Part shown: one piece after another, positions 57,647 through 64,000 of the stretch | Position numbering within the stretch: position 1 is the first letter of the stretch | Layout: each line of letters begins with the position of its first letter | Assembly (NCBI GenBank): GCA_965645245.1 | Contig: OZ287075.1 | Span: forward strand, 558,001-622,000 | Origin: Massalongia carnosa | Lineage: Eukaryota | Reading direction: 5' to 3' | DNA length: 64,000 nucleotides | Notes under the pieces: model-generated | Seen by the model: only the letters and a program-made list of their open reading frames with translations | What the model was told of the DNA's origin: nothing | The model's database searches: none | Translations under genes and position numbers: made by a program

Positions 57647-59194
57647 ATGGCATCACAGTCATCTCACACTCAGCCAACTCGTCAGCTTCCAACTCAAAGA
57701 CCTTCCTCTCCATCTCCCTCCACCTCCCCCCTCCAGATTCACAGACGAGCAAGCCGCACCCAGTCCGCCACCTCTGAAGACTCGCAAACGGTCCTACTCA
57801 ATAACCCCTCCCTCGAATCCTCTATCGAATCAGCCCGCAAGCCAGAGCAGTCGCAAACCCAAATATCCTCCCGCAGGCGAGCCTCCTCGAGCAGCGAGCC
57901 GCGTAAATGTTGGATTTGCTTCTCGGACGAGACAGAAGATACACCCACTTCTTCAGCCTGGCGATCACCGTGCCCTTGCGCCTTGAAAGCGCATGAATCA
58001 TGTTTGCTGGATTGGGTGGCCGATTTGGAAGCACCGAACCGCAAGAAACGACCTGGCCAAAAGGCTAAGATCGAGTGTCCGCAATGCAAAAGCGAAATTA
58101 TCGTCGCGCGCCCACGAAGCTACATAGTTGACGGCATGAACGCAATAGAAGCAGCAGCAGGGCGTCTTGTCGTTCCCGGGGTAGTGGTAACCTTGGCCGG
58201 CACCGTACTGACCGGATGCTGGCTCCACGGCTTTAGCACCATCTACATGCTGTTCGGCGCCGAGGATACAAACCGTTTATTCGGCTTCGATAGGGGTGCT
58301 AGGATCTCTGGAAATATGGGCCTCGGCCTTCCATTCATTCCCATCATCCTGGTACTTTCCCGAACCTCGCTCGCAGACAGCGTCTTCCCCGTCCTTCCTA
58401 TATTCTTTCTCGGGACCAAGATCCCCCATCGAATGTCTTCAACGCTTTGGCCCCCCAGCGCTGCTATGATTCTAGCAACACTGCCCTACTTTCGAGGCGC
58501 CTATAATGCATTCTACAAACACTACCTTGCGCCGAAAGAGAGAGCATGGCTGAAAGAGATTCAACCCCGCGGCGGCGAGCACGGGGAAGGTCCGGCCGAC
58601 GGAGGCGGTGCAGCAGCCGCGAACGAGAATGAAGCCGAAGGGGGGCTCAATTTCGAACTCGGGCTCGAGGTAGAGATTTTTGAAGAAGAAATCGAGCAAC
58701 CCGTCGCCAATCGACCAGCAGAACCCCAACCAGTAGCCGGAAATGCCCCCCCCGATGCCAATGCTCAAAACCCCCCCAACGCACAAATCCCCGCCGTCCC
58801 GGCCGTCCCCGCTGCCCCAGTTGCAGAACCGCTTCGCCAACAAAACATCATTCTCTCCACCTCCCGCCTGGCCGACACCATTGTCGGCGCCCTCCTCTTT
58901 CCCACCATCTCCGCCGCCATGGGCGCTCTCCTCTCCCTCGCTCTCCCCCGCACCTGGACCTCAAAGCCCAGCGCCATCACCGGATTCTGGGGCCGCGGCA
59001 ACAGTGGCGCGCCGACGGGGCTGCTGCAGAGTCGCTTCGGGAGAAGCGTAGTGGGCGGGTGTCTGTTTGTCGTGTTGAAGGATGCAGTTGTGCTGTTTTC
59101 GAGATGGAGACTGGCCGTTGGGCATCGTGAGAGAAGGGTGTTGGATTGGGATGGGCAAAGGGGAGGGAGGAGGAGGGCAGGGGGTGGAGGTTAG
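57647..59194 (+). CDS. RING-CH (C4HC3) membrane E3 ubiquitin ligase, MARCH5-like
   Basis: CWICF...WRSPCPCALKAHESCLLDW...CPQC followed by TM segments and GGCLFVVLKDA. Confidence 0.85.
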   Translation: MASQSSHTQPTRQLPTQRPSSPSPSTSPLQIHRRASRTQSATSEDSQTVLLNNPSLESSIESARKPEQSQTQISSRRRASSSSEPRKCWICFSDETEDTPTSSAWRSPCPCALKAHESCLLDWVADLEAPNRKKRPGQKAKIECPQCKSEIIVARPRSYIVDGMNAIEAAAGRLVVPGVVVTLAGTVLTGCWLHGFSTIYMLFGAEDTNRLFGFDRGARISGNMGLGLPFIPIILVLSRTSLADSVFPVLPIFFLGTKIPHRMSSTLWPPSAAMILATLPYFRGAYNAFYKHYLAPKERAWLKEIQPRGGEHGEGPADGGGAAAANENEAEGGLNFELGLEVEIFEEEIEQPVANRPAEPQPVAGNAPPDANAQNPPNAQIPAVPAVPAAPVAEPLRQQNIILSTSRLADTIVGALLFPTISAAMGALLSLALPRTWTSKPSAITGFWGRGNSGAPTGLLQSRFGRSVVGGCLFVVLKDAVVLFSRWRLAVGHRERRVLDWDGQRGGRRRAGGGG

Positions 59195-59920
59195 TTAGGG
59201 GCGGCGGGAAGTTCGTGGTCGTTTGGCCGGACGGGGAGACCGAAGCACTTTTTCTTCCCTCTCCTCATCCGCTATTCTTTCCAAAGGCAAAGCATGATGG
59301 CATTTTCTTTCCCCCCCTTTTCAGTTTCCAGATGACCCGCCCTCATAATCAAGCTCTCTCTCTCTCTCTCTCTAGGTACTTATTTTCCACCACCCCCCAT
59401 CCCATCCCAGTTAAACCCTGCTAGGTATCTATCTTTCCCCTTCACTCGCCATCCTCTCAATCCCAAAATATCTATCTACTACGCAACGTGGGGGAAAAGG
59501 AAAGGGAAAGGGAAAGAGAAAGATAAAACCTCTAACGCCCCCCACCCCCCCCCCCCGGAACCAGCAAAAACCCATCCCCACCCCCTAACATCCGGTTTCG
59601 AGCCCGTACGTAGGAATCCCGACCCCCGTTACCACAGGTTAGGTTATGTTTGGAGTGGATTCTTGGGAGGGGGGTTTAAATTTATTTAAAAAAAAATAAA
59701 AAAAAAGAAGAGAAGGAGAGGTGGAGGGGTGGAGGGGTTGAGTTTGATTTTTGATTTTTTGATTTTTTTGATTTTTGGGGGGTTGTAAAAAGGGAGAGGG
59801 TAGGGAATGAATGAATGAATGAATGAATGGCTTCATGGTTGTTGTGGTTGTTCAAGCAACCTGGGTTTTACATAGTTTTTACATAGTTACTACCTAATTC
59901 CTCTTTCTCCCTCCATCTCC

Positions 59921-61566
59921 CTACGTAAAACATTCGTTCCACCTCCCCCCTTCCCTCACGAACGCCAACCCTTTCACAAAAGCATCAAGCCGACACCTCG
60001 CCTTTTCGTCCCCCCCACAGTTCCTTAACGGCAATACCCTCCCATTCACCACCACCCGCACCCACTCCCCCGGTTCCCCCTCGCAAACCAGTTTCTCGAA
60101 ATACGCTCTAGCAGCAAACGGCACCGTCCACGCGGCCGAGTAGCCCCCTGCATCGCGCGCGTTAACCAAGGTGGTGTTTAGCAGCGGAGCGACGTCGTCG
60201 TAGAGATTCAGCGCGGCGAAAATCGAGGTGAGGTCGTTGTCGTGGCTGAAATCGGCAAAAAGCGGATGTTGCGCTCCGACGGGGAACGTGACCGGGTTTG
60301 CATCGAGGGTTTGGTTGACAGAGGTACGATCGCTGGGTTCAGCTCCCGTGAGGCGGGCGATGAGCTCGTTCGCGAAGCCGACGCCTTGGGTGGGACCGAG
60401 GGGGTTGCCGGGCCCGTAGCCATAAAACTTGCCCAGGGATTGATAGTAGCTGTATTGAAGCCACTCTTCCGGAGTGAAAAGGGCGCAAAAGGGGGACAAG
60501 GGTGATCCTGCTGGCAAGGCGATGGTGTTGAAGGGGCAGAGATCCATGAGGGAAATGGTCTCAGTGGCTGAGAAGGTCAAGGGCTGAAGATGGGCGGAGA
60601 CGCGGGCGGTGATGGCGGGAATGAAAGTATCTAGATAGGTCTTTTGGGAGGTGGCTGCTATTGTGGAGAAAGGGGGTAAGGTCTCGAACGCAGTGCAAAG
60701 GCCGTGGCTTAGACTTAGGCTGGGTCAGATGTGAGAAGCTTTAGGGGAAGAAAAAAAAAAAAAGGGGGGGTTACGTGTTGTTTGAATCATCAGCTTCACT
60801 GATAAGAAGGATGTTATATGGGTATTGGACAGGATCTCCACCTGTAAACGATATTCTTGCTTCATGATAGCCTTGGTTGAACTTCTGGGCCGAGGCGACA
60901 ACGCGATCCTCGCTCGAAGCTCGCACAAAGAGCGGAAAGTTCTTGGCTAGGGTTTTATACCGATCAAAGAACTCGATTCCCGAGTTGACCATTTCTTGCT
61001 CCCCAAAGGCGGTGAGTTGATCAGCGCCTAGGGTATAGGTGTAATCCTTCAGGAAAGCGTAATCCCCTTTGAACTCCGTCACCGAAGCTTTGATCTTCTG
61101 AACCAACTGGGCGTAGAAAGCCGTCTTGGACGCGGTGGGATCTCGAGCGCCATGCCGAGAGAGCACCTGAGCAAAGGTGACCTTGCAGCTCTTTGGCACC
61201 TCGGGGGATATATCCGACGGCACCGCGAAGAAGGGCGAATACTGACCCCAATGGTGGGAGATTGGAGGCTGGCATTGATATCCTTCCTTGGGGGTATCGC
61301 ATTTGGGCCTCCCCCGGACGGTGGCGCTGCCTCGCACGCTTCTTGGATGTAAATACCCATACAGGGAAGGTGTTGCGGAGCAGGGAGACGTACGACGAGA
61401 ACAACCAGATAGCAATCACCATCAGGGCAACGACGAACCACATGACGAGCGCTTTTCGAGACAACAACGGCGGAGATTGAAAGCGACGTCTTCGCCCGAC
61501 CGGCTTTCCATGGTAGGGAGGAAGAGCAGCGAACAAGTACTCGTCTCGCTGAGACCGAATCGCCAT
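59921..61566 (-). CDS. Histidine acid phosphatase / 3-phytase with N-terminal membrane anchor
   Basis: HWGQYSPFF, RHGARDP, FSHDND, VPFAAR. Introns near 61343-61394 and 60716-60773. Confidence 0.92.
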
Positions 61567-61679
61567 GATAGGTCAACGGGCGGGAAACGGACATTTCAGA
61601 TATGATCCAATAGCGAGAAGACTCGGGACAGTCCCCCCCCACCGTCCCCCTAGCGAAAATCATTCCAAATTAGGACTAG

Positions 61680-64000
61680 CTACAAGCCACCTCCCCATAC
61701 TAAATAATTAGGTGCATATACCTCGTTCACCGTCTCTATTAATAATATTATAGGTATAGGCAACCCTCTGTATAAATTTATCACTATGATAGGTAGACCG
61801 CACTTCTTCTCTCCCTTATCTTTTTCTTTGCTATGGCCCTCACATCCACGTCCCTGGATGCACGTTTGCAAAGGGCTATAGCGAGTTTACCGTCTTCTCA
61901 TCGTCTTCCTCCGAGTGAGAGTGAAATCTTTATCTCCTGGGAGGAGGGAAAAAACCCGCCTTCAGAATTATGCCTTTACTCAAGGCTTTGCATTGGTCAC
62001 AGAGACTAATGATAAGAAGAATCATCTCGTTATACTAGATTGCACCCGTCATCACAAAAGAGAAAGAAACACTAGAAAGCTAGAGGAGAAGGACCGCGTA
62101 CGAAAAAAACGAAGGTCTCGTTCAACGAGTGCAAATATCGACTAAGACTGAAGCAAAACAAAGACGAATCGTGGAGATTAATCATCACCAATCCTGATCA
62201 CAATCACGAGATGGCTACAGACCCCTTCGGTTTCAAAGAGCATCGTAGCCAAGACCTCGATCGAGCAACTGCCCTAGATCAAGCAAAAAGTCTCCGTGAT
62301 GCATCAACTAGATACGGTCAAACATCTCGCGTTTTGGGAATGACTGGCCTGCGCCTTTCGAAGAAGGACTATTACAACCTGGCTCGATCCCAGGGCAAAC
62401 ATACACCTGAAGAAGAGTTGACTTATGCACTTGGATTTCTAGAAGAAGGGTTTCATGTACGGACTTTGGAGAAATATCTCGTTGAAAACAATACTCCCCG
62501 AAGACGTGTTGTTGAACATTTCTTTTTCTGTAACGCTGAACAGATCCGACTGACTAGACGATTCGTCAGTGGATTTTTGATAGAAACGGATGCTACGTTC
62601 AATACAAATCAGTTGAACTTACCTCTATCGGTGTTAGTTGGCATCACCAACACAAATTAGACTTTCCCCGCGGCCTATTGTTATATAACTTCTGAATCGG
62701 CTGAGTGCTTTACGTTTCTATTTGATTGTATGAAAGATCTCTTTTTTCATGATACATGTCCTGGTCCTAGGGTCATCCTCGGAGACTTCGCCGCTGGATT
62801 GGCTGCAGCGATGCATAAAAAACGGGCTAAGGAAATAAACCCGGATGCAGCAATGACCGTTGCATGGCAAGTCGCCCAATCAATACACGGAACCGACCCT
62901 GATTGTGTGTTGCAATTATGCACGTGGCACGCAGCGGAGGCAATCAAGAAACGCCTGATCAGAGCGGGTTCATATCCTTTAGAAGTACGGAAAGAACTGC
63001 ATGAATTGATATGGGAGTGGATCAAAACTCCTACCGTTAAACAGCTGGATGAGAAGAGAAACGCGTTGATATTGAAGCTTCATGCTTCAGAAAAGGTATG
63101 AAGCCATCAAAAAACGTTAATAAGGGCTAACTCACTCCTATTTCCAGGAGTATTTTACTAGCTATTATCAACGTCAGGAGTGTCAGTTTGTTTCCGCATA
63201 CACCAGAAAGTTCCCTAATTTAGGTGCACATAGCACACAAAGGGTGGAAGGTTTGCATCCGTTGGTAAAGAATGTGACAAATAGGCATACACCTATTAAG
63301 GACTCGGTGCGGAAAATATGCGAAACAGTGCAAAGGGTTCAGGTTGACTACGAAATATCAACCAATCATCAACGAATCAACAACCCCCGGCTAATGGATA
63401 GAAGTGCGTTCAAAGACCTTATAGGTTTAATAACTCATCATGCTATTGACCTCATATCTAGAGAGTTGGATGCAGCTAAACTTTTAGCCGAAGATTTCAA
63501 TCAACAGGTTTCTTTTGGAGTTGAAGGGACTGCATTAATCGAACCAACCGGTGAGGATTGTATGTATGATTGTGATTTGCCTCCACGATACGGTCTTCCG
63601 TGCAGATGCTGGTTGTATCGTTGCGTCATTGATGTTATCCCCATACCTATCTCCCTCATTCATCCCCGCTGGTTTTTCGATAGCCCGCCTTTTGTGGTCT
63701 CGTAGAGCATAGTTTTCGACCCCACCATAAATTTCGCTGAGATGTTTCGGAGAGCAGCTCACAGAAGACCACAGAAGAGCAGGATGAGGAGGCGGATGAG
63801 GGGGGGAATGCTCAACAAAGTCAAGAATCTGAGCCGGAGGAGGAGATCGAGAAGGCAGTTGACAATAATACTCGGGATAGATTTCGTCGCGGGGGTGTTG
63901 ATTTGCTGCATGCGGCCGCACATCAATCTATTGATTTTCATAAATCAATAGAAAATGTGCATAGAAGGGAGGGATACGCTCGTGAATTCGCCAAATTCAC
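61680..64000 (+). mobile_element. Mutator/MULE transposon, degenerate, running off the window
   Basis: FAR1-like region (YAFTQGF...C..HNH), MULE domain (DATFNTN..LPL..LVGITNT; LCTWH) and SWIM-like C..C....YGLPC. Frameshifts and a TAG at 62658. ATG at 61833; left end approximate. Confidence 0.85.

Overview
Intron-containing nuclear DNA of a filamentous ascomycete (Pezizomycotina), in four zones. (1) 0.5-7.7 kb: a divergent pair of core genes, cft1/CPSF160 and an LMBR1-type lysosomal cobalamin transporter. Both are pseudogenised by stops, frameshifts and C->T/G->A changes that fall mostly in CpC/GpG context. (2) 8.4-12.9 kb: a fungal NLR (HeLo-like/NACHT/ankyrin) with about 23 near-identical 99-bp repeats that vary at only a few codons. 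A Copia LTR truncates it. (3) 12.9-37.5 kb: a nested transposon island. It holds a chimeric Copia element, several solo LTRs, a 5'-truncated LINE with a 13-bp TSD, gene relics, and a 10.3-kb TIR-bounded AcademH-like DNA transposon (DUF6589-type transposase plus RecQ-like helicase). Inside that transposon sits an apparently intact Ngaro/DIRS-like tyrosine-recombinase retrotransposon with signs of stop-codon readthrough and spliced YR expression. (4) 38-61.6 kb: mostly intact housekeeping genes (PEX14, NDC80, MCM10, GAL1, ILV2, TFC6-like, MARCH5-like RING-CH, phytase), followed by a degenerate MULE running off the end. All calls come from motif recognition by eye; no searches were run.
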